The notes beneath the pieces were generated by a model. That model ran no database searches, was not told where the DNA came from, and saw only the letters and a list, made by a program, of their open reading frames with translations. 64,000 bases of DNA from assembly GCA_963800645.1 (NCBI GenBank), contig CAWDBX010000011.1, positions 139,503-203,502 of the forward strand. Direction: 5' to 3'. Source of the stretch: an uncultured Bacteroidales bacterium (GTDB lineage Bacteria > Bacteroidota > Bacteroidia > Bacteroidales > UBA10428). The translations under genes were made by a program, and so were the position numbers. This document shows, one piece after another, positions 39,375 to 48,765 of the stretch; position 1 is the stretch's first letter, and every line of letters begins with the position of its first letter.

Positions 39375-39815
39375 TTAACTGACCAGGATCTTTTCAATCG
39401 AATTTCTTTCTTTCGTGGTTAAGGATTCCATTTCAGTCAGTGCATGCCTTATACGTGCTTTAAAATTCCAGCAGGTCATTTGCCGTAACGATAACCGTCG
39501 GGCAAATTCATAGGAGGAGATCTCTTCATTCCCTTTACAAACCTGGTAGGCAATATAAAACGCTTTGCTGAGGGGAAATTTTATGCCATGAAAAATCGTA
39601 CCGTTGGTGGCAGTCTCCTTGGCCTTGCATCTGGTACAACGTCGCGAGAATGGTTCCCGGCCCGGACAGGAATTACTATGACCACATTTCTTACAGACAA
39701 AGCCTTCTGACCATTTGATCAGGGAAAGAAATTCCAGGCATTTTTCATCGCTGCGGAACATCTCTTCAAGCTGCTGAGGAGTCAACCGATCTGTAAATAG
39801 CCCAGGCATCATCAT
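39375..39815 (-). CDS. IS1595-type zinc-ribbon/HTH protein lacking the DDE domain
   Basis: C.EFL..IKW..GFVCKKCG, RRCTRC, GTIFH..K.PL, ISS....R.L..RQMTCW; ends at 146 aa. Confidence 0.75.
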   Translation of the reverse strand: MMMPGLFTDRLTPQQLEEMFRSDEKCLEFLSLIKWSEGFVCKKCGHSNSCPGREPFSRRCTRCKAKETATNGTIFHGIKFPLSKAFYIAYQVCKGNEEISSYEFARRLSLRQMTCWNFKARIRHALTEMESLTTKERNSIEKILVS

Positions 39816-39931
39816 TGTCTATAGTGACAAAAATATTCATAATTAGTGTCTTTAAAAAGATTTAAGTGATATTAAAGCGATTTAAATTATTTTTTAATAG
39901 TTTTGCAGCATAATATATACCACTAAAAGCA

Positions 39932-40177
39932 ATGGAAAACAATCATGAACAAACATCCCGAACGGATAAAATTTTGTCATTCCTTAAGTCAGGATCCTTC
40001 CTGAAACCTTTCCTGGGGACCGTTATTGGCGGACTGGCGGGGTTCCTTTACTATTATTTTGTCGGATGCAATTCCGGTTCCTGTGCCATAACCGGTAATC
40101 CATATATGAGTATTGTCTGGGGAGGTCTTTTCGGTTTGTTTGTGGTGAAGAGCCCATGTAGCAGGGGAAGGTGCTAA
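39932..40177 (+). CDS. Small membrane protein (DUF6132-like)
   Basis: GGLAGFLYYYFVGCNSGSCAITGNP motif. Confidence 0.8.
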   Translation: MENNHEQTSRTDKILSFLKSGSFLKPFLGTVIGGLAGFLYYYFVGCNSGSCAITGNPYMSIVWGGLFGLFVVKSPCSRGRC

Positions 40178-40199
40178 AAACGGAAATATCTTCCAAAGC

Positions 40200-40658
40200 A
40201 TGAAAAAGTGTCTGATCCCCATGGCAGCAGTGTTGTTGCTCTTGCTGTACAGTTGCAGTTCCGGTGCCCCTGGAACACGATTTAAGTTTGGCAGCAAAGG
40301 CACTGTAATTCATCTTACCGATGCAACTTTTAAGGAAAAGGTTTTTAATTATGAAATCAACCGGCAATGGAAGTATGAAGGAAGTAAACCTGCCATAGTT
40401 GACTTCTATGCCAGCTGGTGCAAGCCCTGTCTTGAGATGTCTCCCATCCTGGATGAAATGGCAAAAGAATACAAGGGTAAGATCATTATTTATAAAGTGG
40501 ATATAAGCGTAGAAGAATTGTTGGCAAAAAACATGCGGGTAAAGAGACTCCCCATGTTGCTTTTCATTCCGGTAAATGGAAATCCGAAAATTGTCATGGA
40601 GGCTTTGCCAAAGGATTTATTGGTAAAAGCCGTAGAAGAGGTTTTATTGGTCGATTAA
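40200..40658 (+). CDS. Thioredoxin-family lipoprotein
   Basis: DFYASWCKPC; lipobox YSC. Confidence 0.88.
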   Translation: MKKCLIPMAAVLLLLLYSCSSGAPGTRFKFGSKGTVIHLTDATFKEKVFNYEINRQWKYEGSKPAIVDFYASWCKPCLEMSPILDEMAKEYKGKIIIYKVDISVEELLAKNMRVKRLPMLLFIPVNGNPKIVMEALPKDLLVKAVEEVLLVD

Positions 40659-40748
40659 TTCCTTACCTCATGTTCTCCTTTCATTCATGTGGCGCTGCAA
40701 AGGCCAGCATGGAGGTTAAGGAGGAGATAAAGTGTTACGGTTGGTTTT

Positions 40749-43001
40749 TCAGGTCCCTTCACGCCCGGAAGCTATACCCCATTCCTTATTCGGCCGATCG
40801 CCCATAATCAACAAAAGTTTTCCTCCCCGTATTATATCTGCGTGACGGATGAAGGATTTATTCAACTCTTTGCCGTTCAAACTGGCCGACTGAATGTATT
40901 TGTTCTTTTTAGAGCAATTCCTGGCGATTACTGAGAATGTTTTGCCCCCGGGCAACTGAATGGTAACCGCATTGAAAAACGGACTGCCAATGGCATACTC
41001 ACCACTCCCGGGTGTAACCGGAAAAAATCCCATGGCCGAAAATACATACCAGGAGCAGAGCCCGCCGCCATCTTCATCACCCGGGATACCCACCGGACGA
41101 TCATCGAACCATAATTCCATGATTTCCCGGATACGCCGTTGTGTTCTCCAGGGCTGATCCGCATAATTGTAAAGATACGGAATGTGAAAGGAGGGTTCAT
41201 TCCCGGTAACAAACATCCCGTTCAACCCCGTAGCGTCAGGAAACTGACCCATAAACTGCCATTTCGATATCCGGGTGGGTTCATTAAAGAGTGCATCCAG
41301 CCGATTTACAAAGGCGGCTTTCCCCCCTAAAAGTTCGATCAGATCAGGAATATCATGCTGAACGCTAAAATTCCAGGTCCAGGCATTGTTTTCAGCATAG
41401 TAGGAGCGACTGCCGACACCGCCGGACAATTGAGGATCGAAAGGTTCCACCCATTCTCCATTTGCCATTTTTGGTGCCATAAAACCGGTGGCCGTATTCA
41501 ATACCTGGCGATAATTCTTCGACCGTTTGATGAAATATGCATAATCGGCTTCTTTCCCAAGGGATTTGGCAAGCTGAGCCAGGCACCAGTCGTCATAACT
41601 GTGTTCGAGGGTCACGGCAACGGCCTGACGTTTTTCAAAACCATCCACCAGGTCTACCGATTCGGCGCTGTCTTCAGGAAGCGCCGGATACCAGCCATGG
41701 GCATGGTAAAAACTGTCCAGGGAGCACATCTGACCGGTTCTCCAGGGCAGCATGGTGGCTTCCATGGCATTTTTCTTTAAACCCTCGTATGCCTTTTCCA
41801 CCGAGAAATTCCTTTCCCCTTTCTGCCAGGTGTCCCATACCAGGGCTGCTGAATGAAATCCTATCATGGCCGGGAAGTCACCATAAAACTGCGGAAAGCC
41901 GGGTATCCATCCGCTTTGTTCGTACATCCGGATGTACGATTCAACCATATCGGATTGTTTGGAGGGATCGAGTATTAACATCAGCGGATGCAATGAGCGG
42001 TAAGTGTCCCAAAGCCAATCATCAACATAGAATGGCCTTCCGCCATCTTCGTGTATTTTACCGTCGTACCCGCTGAAGTAACGGCCGTCCTCCGAAATAT
42101 TGACCATCCGTTCCATACACCGGTAAAGAGAGGTGTAAAATATCCTTTTTTGACGCTCAGTTCCCCCTTTTACCTGAATCTTGCCAAGAGCGTCTTCCCA
42201 AATATTCCGACTCTCCTCCCTGATGGTTTCAAAGCTTTTGCTGCCAACTTCCTGGTGCAGATTCTCAGCGGCTTGATCTTCACTGATATACGAAATACCT
42301 ATACGGACCTCAACCGGCCTGTCGGGTTCAACAAATCTTGCATATACCCCCATATCATTGTCCGATTTGAATGATCCTGAGGTATCAAATGACTGGCTAA
42401 ATTCGGCATAGAAAAACTGCCTGGTTTTTTCAAATTCTTCCCATCCCTGAATTACATTTTCCCCGGTTATTTCGAAACGGGCCTTCCTCGCTGAACGCAG
42501 GATTATGTTGGACTGATCTTTGCTGTTGTATCGAAAGCGATAGAGCACAGCGCGTTCAGTGGTTGTCCAGTCAGCTTCAATGTTATAATCCTCCAGAATG
42601 ACTTTATGATACCAGGGATGGACCTCTTCCTGATCATGGTCATAAAGCGAAGCGTATTCCGATCTGTTGACCGAAAGTTTACCACTGGTGGACATCAGCT
42701 CGGTAACATGTCCCATGCGATAGGCCGGCATATTAACGGCAAATCCGTAAATTTTATCACTCAAATAGCGGTCGTTCAAACCGGGTTTTGTGACAGGGAA
42801 CACACGAACCATGCTATTCGGACGGTGTACTGTGGGATTTTTCGTTGTTAGCAGCGGTGCTACACTGCCAATGTTGGGATCTACATAAACCGATACATCT
42901 TTATTGTTGCAGGAGTTCAGAAATGCCAGCAAGATCAACAGAAGAAGATCTGCTTTTTTTCCGGCAAATATGCCCGATTGAGGTCTTCGTGTCATGGTCA
43001 T
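40749..43001 (-). CDS. GH92 alpha-1,2-mannosidase family
   Basis: LWDTYR, TLEHSYDD, ENNAW, GNEPSFH, GDEDGG. Confidence 0.92.
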   Translation of the reverse strand: MTMTRRPQSGIFAGKKADLLLLILLAFLNSCNNKDVSVYVDPNIGSVAPLLTTKNPTVHRPNSMVRVFPVTKPGLNDRYLSDKIYGFAVNMPAYRMGHVTELMSTSGKLSVNRSEYASLYDHDQEEVHPWYHKVILEDYNIEADWTTTERAVLYRFRYNSKDQSNIILRSARKARFEITGENVIQGWEEFEKTRQFFYAEFSQSFDTSGSFKSDNDMGVYARFVEPDRPVEVRIGISYISEDQAAENLHQEVGSKSFETIREESRNIWEDALGKIQVKGGTERQKRIFYTSLYRCMERMVNISEDGRYFSGYDGKIHEDGGRPFYVDDWLWDTYRSLHPLMLILDPSKQSDMVESYIRMYEQSGWIPGFPQFYGDFPAMIGFHSAALVWDTWQKGERNFSVEKAYEGLKKNAMEATMLPWRTGQMCSLDSFYHAHGWYPALPEDSAESVDLVDGFEKRQAVAVTLEHSYDDWCLAQLAKSLGKEADYAYFIKRSKNYRQVLNTATGFMAPKMANGEWVEPFDPQLSGGVGSRSYYAENNAWTWNFSVQHDIPDLIELLGGKAAFVNRLDALFNEPTRISKWQFMGQFPDATGLNGMFVTGNEPSFHIPYLYNYADQPWRTQRRIREIMELWFDDRPVGIPGDEDGGGLCSWYVFSAMGFFPVTPGSGEYAIGSPFFNAVTIQLPGGKTFSVIARNCSKKNKYIQSASLNGKELNKSFIRHADIIRGGKLLLIMGDRPNKEWGIASGREGT

Positions 43002-43056
43002 CTTTTTTAAGATAAGCCGTTTGAATTGGTCCCTAAAATTTCATCGGCTGATAAAA

Positions 43057-43752
43057 TTACCCCTTCCGTCCAATTTCCAGCAATGTGTTACGGTCCAGAA
43101 GGGAAATGTCCTTATCCTGAAGTTTTATCAATCCGTCTTTCTCAAAATTCTTAAGAAGTTTTACGGCACTTTCCATGGAAATACCTGCAAAATCAGCCAG
43201 GTCCTTCCGTGAAAGGAGCTGGAAGATTTCCGGATTTTCACTTTTCAAACTTTCGAGATACAACAGTGTATCCGCCAGGCGGCCGTTCATTTGTTTATAC
43301 ATGAGGTTACGAACTGCCTTGAATAATTCGGCATTCTGTTCGCAATACCTTCTGATGATATTAAAGCCGAACAGGCCATTATTCTGCGCCACCCTGGCAA
43401 TGGCTTCTTTTTCCACCAGGAAGGCCTGACAATCTGTTAAGGAAACGGAGGAATAATTGAAAGTATTGGTGGAGAAAACAGCTGAAAGCCCAACAAATTC
43501 ACCGGGCCGGATAATCCGCAGGTTGTAGTTTTTTGTGCCGTCGCCCTCCAGATATTGCTTTGCCAATCCGTTAATCATAAACAAAACGTAGGAGGCAAAA
43601 GCTCCCTGTTTGGTCAGGTTATCTCCCTTGCGAAAAAGAACCTGTGTTTTGCTTGCCCTTACCAGTTCAACCTCGCCGGGAGAAAGCATTTGAAAACAGG
43701 GCGCCTGGATATCGCACATATATCCCTGGTCAGCTTCAAGAATGGTTTTCAT
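43057..43752 (-). CDS. Crp/Fnr family transcriptional regulator
   Basis: cNMP-binding fold, GRLADTL, SRKDLADFAGISMESAVKLL HTH. Confidence 0.9.
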   Translation of the reverse strand: MKTILEADQGYMCDIQAPCFQMLSPGEVELVRASKTQVLFRKGDNLTKQGAFASYVLFMINGLAKQYLEGDGTKNYNLRIIRPGEFVGLSAVFSTNTFNYSSVSLTDCQAFLVEKEAIARVAQNNGLFGFNIIRRYCEQNAELFKAVRNLMYKQMNGRLADTLLYLESLKSENPEIFQLLSRKDLADFAGISMESAVKLLKNFEKDGLIKLQDKDISLLDRNTLLEIGRKG

Positions 43753-43955
43753 ACAACTGAGTCCATTTATACGGATAAAGTTAATGTAATTCAATAATAA
43801 AGTTGTTCCAATTCAATTTCCGCATTGTGATACCGGAGCCCGGTTATTGTTAATAATTGGTCAATGTCCTGTAATTTTGTAACGTAAAACTTAATTCTTA
43901 TAACTATATATTTAAACTCTGATCCTGGATTTTTCAGGTCATTAAAAACCATACA

Positions 43956-44375
43956 ATGCAAACAACGTTGATGATATCCGGTTTGGTAGTTGCAGCCTTT
44001 ATTATTCTTTTTCTCCGGGCACGTGCCAGGTTTAAGAATATACCCCTGGTTGCTGATCATGAGAAAATACTGACATTAACAGATAAGAATTTTCTGCATC
44101 AGCTAAAGAATAAGGTTGTACTGGTTGATTTCTGGGCTGGCTGGTGTGCTCCGTGCCGGATGATGGCACCTGTTTTAAATGAAGTGGCAGATGAACTAGA
44201 GGGGAATATGCACGTGGGCAAGGTCAATATTGAACAATACCAGTCTCTTGCACAGCAATTCAGGATCAGAAGTATTCCTACACTGGTCTTGTTCAAGAAT
44301 GGTGCTGAAATTAACCGGTTTGTGGGAATTAAAAACAAAGAATTTCTTGTACAGCAAATCAATAAAACCATGTAA
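43956..44375 (+). CDS. trxA: Thioredoxin with an N-terminal membrane anchor
   Basis: VDFWAGWCAPC, IRSIPT. Confidence 0.85.
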   Translation: MQTTLMISGLVVAAFIILFLRARARFKNIPLVADHEKILTLTDKNFLHQLKNKVVLVDFWAGWCAPCRMMAPVLNEVADELEGNMHVGKVNIEQYQSLAQQFRIRSIPTLVLFKNGAEINRFVGIKNKEFLVQQINKTM

Positions 44376-44618
44376 AATTGATAAAAGGAAAATTTGATTC
44401 GATCACAGGAGATATAAGGCCGGTGAGACATTCAGAGCATTCCAACAATCATGGGTTTTATAAATGGACAGGTACACTGCAAACAAGCCGGTGTACCTGA
44501 TAAACCCCAACTGCTGCATCTTTTGTCAAAAATATTTTAATTAACTTTAAACAAAACAACTGTTTCAGGGTTCTTAAAGTAAATCAAATGAAAACAATCA
44601 ATTAATAATTATTTTAGT

Positions 44619-44825
44619 ATGAAAAAAAACATGGGTAATATCGACAGGGTGATCAGGATTCTGTTTGCACTGGTAGTTGTCATTCTTGCTGTTACAAAAG
44701 TCATCACTGGTACGGGAGCTATTGTGTTGTTGATACTGGGAGCTATTTTGCTAATCACCAGCCTCATCAACTTTTGCCCGATTTATTTGGCTCTAGGTAT
44801 TAATACTGGTAAAAAGAAGGAGTAG
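44619..44825 (+). CDS. DUF2892 (YgaP-like) membrane protein
   Basis: MKKNMGNIDRVIR...FCPIY..LGINT. Confidence 0.88.
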   Translation: MKKNMGNIDRVIRILFALVVVILAVTKVITGTGAIVLLILGAILLITSLINFCPIYLALGINTGKKKE

Positions 44826-44932
44826 GGAGTAGGGGGTAAGGTATAAAAAAGGGGATCCCTTAACCATATTGGGAAAGGGATTCTATCTTGCTTTCAAAGT
44901 GTCAAAGAACAGATAGTTAATATTTATAGATT

Positions 44933-45322
44933 ATGGAATACTATTTCGGGGCCCTTTTAAAAACAGATTTCAACACTGCCATCATTAAAGTGACAGAAGC
45001 GCTGAAGACTGAAGGTTTTGGAATCATTACGGAAATTGATATGAAGGCCAAACTGAAGGAAAAGCTTGGCGTGGATTTTAAACAGTACAAAATACTGGGT
45101 GCCTGCAATCCTGCTTTTGCGTATAAAGCCCTGCAGGCAGAAGAAAAGATAGGTACCATGCTCCCCTGTAACGTGGTGGTCATTGATAAGGAAAACGGCA
45201 CCACTGAAGTGGCCGCCGTTCATCCTATGGCTTCCATGATGGCCGTAAAGAATCCTGCTTTGGAGCCCCTGGCTTCAGAAGTAACTGAAATGCTGAAACG
45301 CGTGATCAGTCTTCTGAAATAA
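44933..45322 (+). CDS. DUF302 family protein
   Basis: GFGIITEID, YKILGACNP, GTMLPCNV. Confidence 0.9.
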   Translation: MEYYFGALLKTDFNTAIIKVTEALKTEGFGIITEIDMKAKLKEKLGVDFKQYKILGACNPAFAYKALQAEEKIGTMLPCNVVVIDKENGTTEVAAVHPMASMMAVKNPALEPLASEVTEMLKRVISLLK

Positions 45323-45355
45323 AACCGATCCGGCAGGAGTCAGAAGTATTTTATT

Positions 45356-45934
45356 TTAATAATTTTCTTCCCGGATCTGCATAAATGATTTGGGATGCAG
45401 GCAGGCAGGACAGTTTTCCATGGCTTTCTCAGATTCATAAACATAGCCGCAATTCAGGCACTTCCACCATACCTTGCCTTGTTTCATGAATACATGATCT
45501 TCTGAGATATTTTGCAGCAGTTTCAGGTAGCGGCGTTCATGTTCCGCCTCTGCTTTCGATATCATTTTAAAGGCGGTTGCCACTTCGGGGAAACCTTCTT
45601 CCCGGGCTATTTCAGCAAACAGGGGATAAATTTTGGTCCATTCTTCATTTTCTCCTTCGGCAGCAGCCTTCAGATTTTCTTTGGTTGTGCCTACTTTACC
45701 GGCGGGATAACTCGCTGTAATCTCGGTCATACCCCCTTCGAGAAAACTAAAAAATCGTTTGGCATGTTCCTTCTCCTGATTGGCGGTTTCCTGGAAAATT
45801 TCAGCAATTTGTTCCAAACCCTCTTTCCTGGCACGGGATGCAAAAAACTCGTACCGGTTTCTGGCCTGGGATTCGCCTGCAAAAGCTTTTAGCAGATTCT
45901 GTTCAGTTTTTGTACCTTTTATACTCTTTTCCAT
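45356..45934 (-). CDS. rbr: Rubrerythrin
   Basis: AFAGESQARNRY, QEKEHA, WKCLNCGY..CPAC. Confidence 0.93.
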   Translation of the reverse strand: MEKSIKGTKTEQNLLKAFAGESQARNRYEFFASRARKEGLEQIAEIFQETANQEKEHAKRFFSFLEGGMTEITASYPAGKVGTTKENLKAAAEGENEEWTKIYPLFAEIAREEGFPEVATAFKMISKAEAEHERRYLKLLQNISEDHVFMKQGKVWWKCLNCGYVYESEKAMENCPACLHPKSFMQIREENY

Positions 45935-45953
45935 AAATCATTGAATTAAATTA

Positions 45954-46655
45954 TCATTGTTTCTTGGCAAAATCAATTTTTTCGGTCCCGCATATCGGAC
46001 AAACCCAGGTGTCGGGAAGATCTTCAAAAGGTGTTCCCGCCGGTATGCCGTTCTCAGGATCGCCCACAGCCTGTTCGTATATATATCCGCAGGCGGTGCA
46101 ATAATACTGATCAGGACCGGCTTCAGGCACCCGCTCTTTAAGTTTCTCGGCATCGATATAAGTGGGGGCATTTTTAGGAGCCTTGCCTTTCTTGACTTCG
46201 CGATAATAAGCATATGTAAGAGGTTCGCCGGTAGCATCGAGTAAATCACCATCCACCACATTCCCGATAAACAGTAAATGCGTACCTGCATCAATGGTTT
46301 GGATCACCTCACATTCAAACCAGGCCAGAGAGTCCTCCAGCAAAATTGGAGCACCCGTCTTGCCTTTCTTAAATTTGAATTTCAGGAATTTCTCGGTGTC
46401 TTTGCCAGACCGGTAGCCAAATGTTCCGATAATATCTGCACTGGCTTCCTTTTTCAAAGCTGATATTGTGAAAACATGACTACGCTGTATCATCTCCGCT
46501 GTATGATTGTTTTTGCTGCAGGCGATCGCAAACCGGGCTGGTTCGGCCGTTACCTGAAAAACAGTATTGGAAATATACCCGTTAATTTTGTTATCCGAAA
46601 CTGAACTTACTACATAAAGTCCGTAAGTAATTTTAAAATAGGCTTCAAAATTCAT
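45954..46655 (-). CDS. Flavin reductase-rubredoxin fusion (high-molecular-weight rubredoxin)
   Basis: ITYGLYVV, GTHLLFIG, APKNAPTY, CTACGYIY...WVCPICG. Confidence 0.9.
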   Translation of the reverse strand: MNFEAYFKITYGLYVVSSVSDNKINGYISNTVFQVTAEPARFAIACSKNNHTAEMIQRSHVFTISALKKEASADIIGTFGYRSGKDTEKFLKFKFKKGKTGAPILLEDSLAWFECEVIQTIDAGTHLLFIGNVVDGDLLDATGEPLTYAYYREVKKGKAPKNAPTYIDAEKLKERVPEAGPDQYYCTACGYIYEQAVGDPENGIPAGTPFEDLPDTWVCPICGTEKIDFAKKQ

Positions 46656-46818
46656 GTGCGGGAAATATTTAGGTCCTAAAATTATATGGATTTTAGCTGT
46701 TTAACAATGCAGAACCGGAATTTAGAATGCTTATAAATTAAGACAACCTGGCCGGTTGATAAAAAACCCGCTTGCCAAATAGTAAATAATCCTTTTCTTA
46801 TATTTGTGTCCTGAAAAA

Positions 46819-47202
46819 ATGCCTTTGAAGAAAAAACAATACATATCCTGGTTGTTTCTGCTTTCCATTTCAATTCTGCTGGCGCACGGTATTGTTCCCC
46901 ATCATCATCATCCTGAGCCCTATTTGTCAGACTGTCAGTCTGAATCAGGCAACCAGGATTGTCCTGACCAGGCACCCTGGCGATGCCATGTTATAAATCA
47001 ATTGTTATTTGTTGATTACCATGTATTCAGCAAACAACATGTTCTCAAACTTTTCCGGTTTGATGGCCTGCTAGAGTCGGACCGTCAGAAGATGGCAAAA
47101 CCTGAAACCGATGCAGAACGGGTAATTACTTCCTGCTGTCTTTTTCGGCAAATTTCATTGATACTGCACTCTCCGTTGAGAGCCCCGCCCGTTTCTGCCT
47201 GA
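46819..47202 (+). CDS. His/Cys-rich leader protein ending in RAPP
   Basis: TM/signal segment, HGIVPHHHH, Cys residues, C-terminal LRAPPVSA; TATATTTG box at 46799-46806. Confidence 0.75.
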   Translation: MPLKKKQYISWLFLLSISILLAHGIVPHHHHPEPYLSDCQSESGNQDCPDQAPWRCHVINQLLFVDYHVFSKQHVLKLFRFDGLLESDRQKMAKPETDAERVITSCCLFRQISLILHSPLRAPPVSA

Positions 47203-47268
47203 AATGGTTTTCGGCCGGATTCTCATTCCGCGCTTCCTTTAATTTTCTTAAATCCTGAATGATAAGAC

Positions 47269-48753
47269 ATGAATAAAACAGTTCCTGTTATTTTAGTTGC
47301 ACTGATGTTATCGTGCATAAAAAATAATTCCGGCCTTGAATCGGGTGAGGCCGGCCATGAAGACCATGTGGAAATCATGCTTCAGTCAACCTTGTTCACC
47401 GACAGTGTTGAATTTTTTATTGAATATCCCGTCCTTGTCAGGGGCGAAGAAGCAGTTTTTGCCATTCATGTTACCCGTTTGAGTAATTATAAACCTTTTG
47501 CCCTGGCCAGGGTAACAGCGGAGATGAAAGGTATTCGCGCTGTTGCGGAAGAATCGGAAATACCCGGAATTTACATGGTCAGCATTCATCCTGCCGAAGC
47601 AGGGGAATTCCCCGTTAGCATAACATTGGCAGCCGGCAATCGTATCGAACAGGTATCAGACAGTGTAAAAGTATATGAAAGCGATGACCAGGCAATGGAG
47701 CAGGTTAAAGAAACTGCCAGTGCCGGAGTGGTTTTTACCAAAGAGCAGGCCTGGGACAATGATTTTATGATACAGGAAATCGTTGAGCAGCAATTCTCTT
47801 CGGTAATTCCAGCCAGTGGCGAGATACTGGCTATGCCCGGGGAGAAGCAGAATGTCAGTGCTTCTTCCGCCGGTATTGTTTTATTCGCCACCAAAAATCT
47901 GGTACAGGGAAGAAGGGTAGATCGCGGACAACTGCTTTTCACCATTGTCGGGAAGGACATTACCCAGGACAATGTGGGGGCGAAAATTGAGGCATCCCAT
48001 AACCGGTTTCTTCAAAGCAAAAGCGAATATGACCGTCATCTTAAACTTTACAGGGAAAAAATAATATCTGAAAAACAGTTTTATGAAACACAAATGCAAT
48101 ACCGGACCGACAGTACAGCATGGTTTGCGTTATCAGCTTCTGCCGTTTCAGGCGGTATGAAAGTGGTTGCACCACTGACCGGTTACCTGCATGAGCTGAA
48201 TGTTTCTGAAGGTCAGTATATTTCAGCAGGGAACCTGCTCGCCACCATTTCCACCAATGAAATCCTGCTGCTTCGTGCAGATGTATCGCAGCAATATTAT
48301 CCGCTGCTGGACCAGATTGAAACTGCCCGGTTTCGCCCGGCTTATGGCGATAAAACATACGCTGTGGATGAACTCAAGGGACGCCTGTTGGCCAAGGGAG
48401 CTTCAGTGGCGGAGAACAATCACTATATACCCGTATATTTTGAGGTAAAGAACGATGGAAGCCTGCTGGAAGGAGCTTTTGCAGAATTCTGGCTCATTAC
48501 AGGCAAAACCAAATCAAGTCGGATTGTTCCGCTTTCAGCGCTCCTGGAGGAACAGGGTACCTATTACGTTTTTTTGCAGACTTCAGGTGATCACTTCTAT
48601 AAACAACGGGTGATTACAGGCAGCAGTGATGGTGTATTTGTTGAAATTGAAGAAGGCCTAAAAAGTGGGGACCGGATCGTAACCAAGGGTGCCATGCTGC
48701 TTAAGGCGGTTTCCATGTCATCGGCCATGCCAGCTGATACTCATCAACATTAA
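47269..48753 (+). CDS. RND efflux periplasmic adaptor subunit (lipoprotein)
   Basis: Lipobox LSC, biotinyl-lipoyl-like APLTG, VPLSAL, GLKSGDRIV. Confidence 0.88.
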   Translation: MNKTVPVILVALMLSCIKNNSGLESGEAGHEDHVEIMLQSTLFTDSVEFFIEYPVLVRGEEAVFAIHVTRLSNYKPFALARVTAEMKGIRAVAEESEIPGIYMVSIHPAEAGEFPVSITLAAGNRIEQVSDSVKVYESDDQAMEQVKETASAGVVFTKEQAWDNDFMIQEIVEQQFSSVIPASGEILAMPGEKQNVSASSAGIVLFATKNLVQGRRVDRGQLLFTIVGKDITQDNVGAKIEASHNRFLQSKSEYDRHLKLYREKIISEKQFYETQMQYRTDSTAWFALSASAVSGGMKVVAPLTGYLHELNVSEGQYISAGNLLATISTNEILLLRADVSQQYYPLLDQIETARFRPAYGDKTYAVDELKGRLLAKGASVAENNHYIPVYFEVKNDGSLLEGAFAEFWLITGKTKSSRIVPLSALLEEQGTYYVFLQTSGDHFYKQRVITGSSDGVFVEIEEGLKSGDRIVTKGAMLLKAVSMSSAMPADTHQH

Positions 48754-48765
48754 TACCCACCGGCC

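Noticed and set aside
39375-39815. Active IS1595 insertion sequence
   Set aside because: No catalytic DDE domain, terminal inverted repeats or target duplication visible
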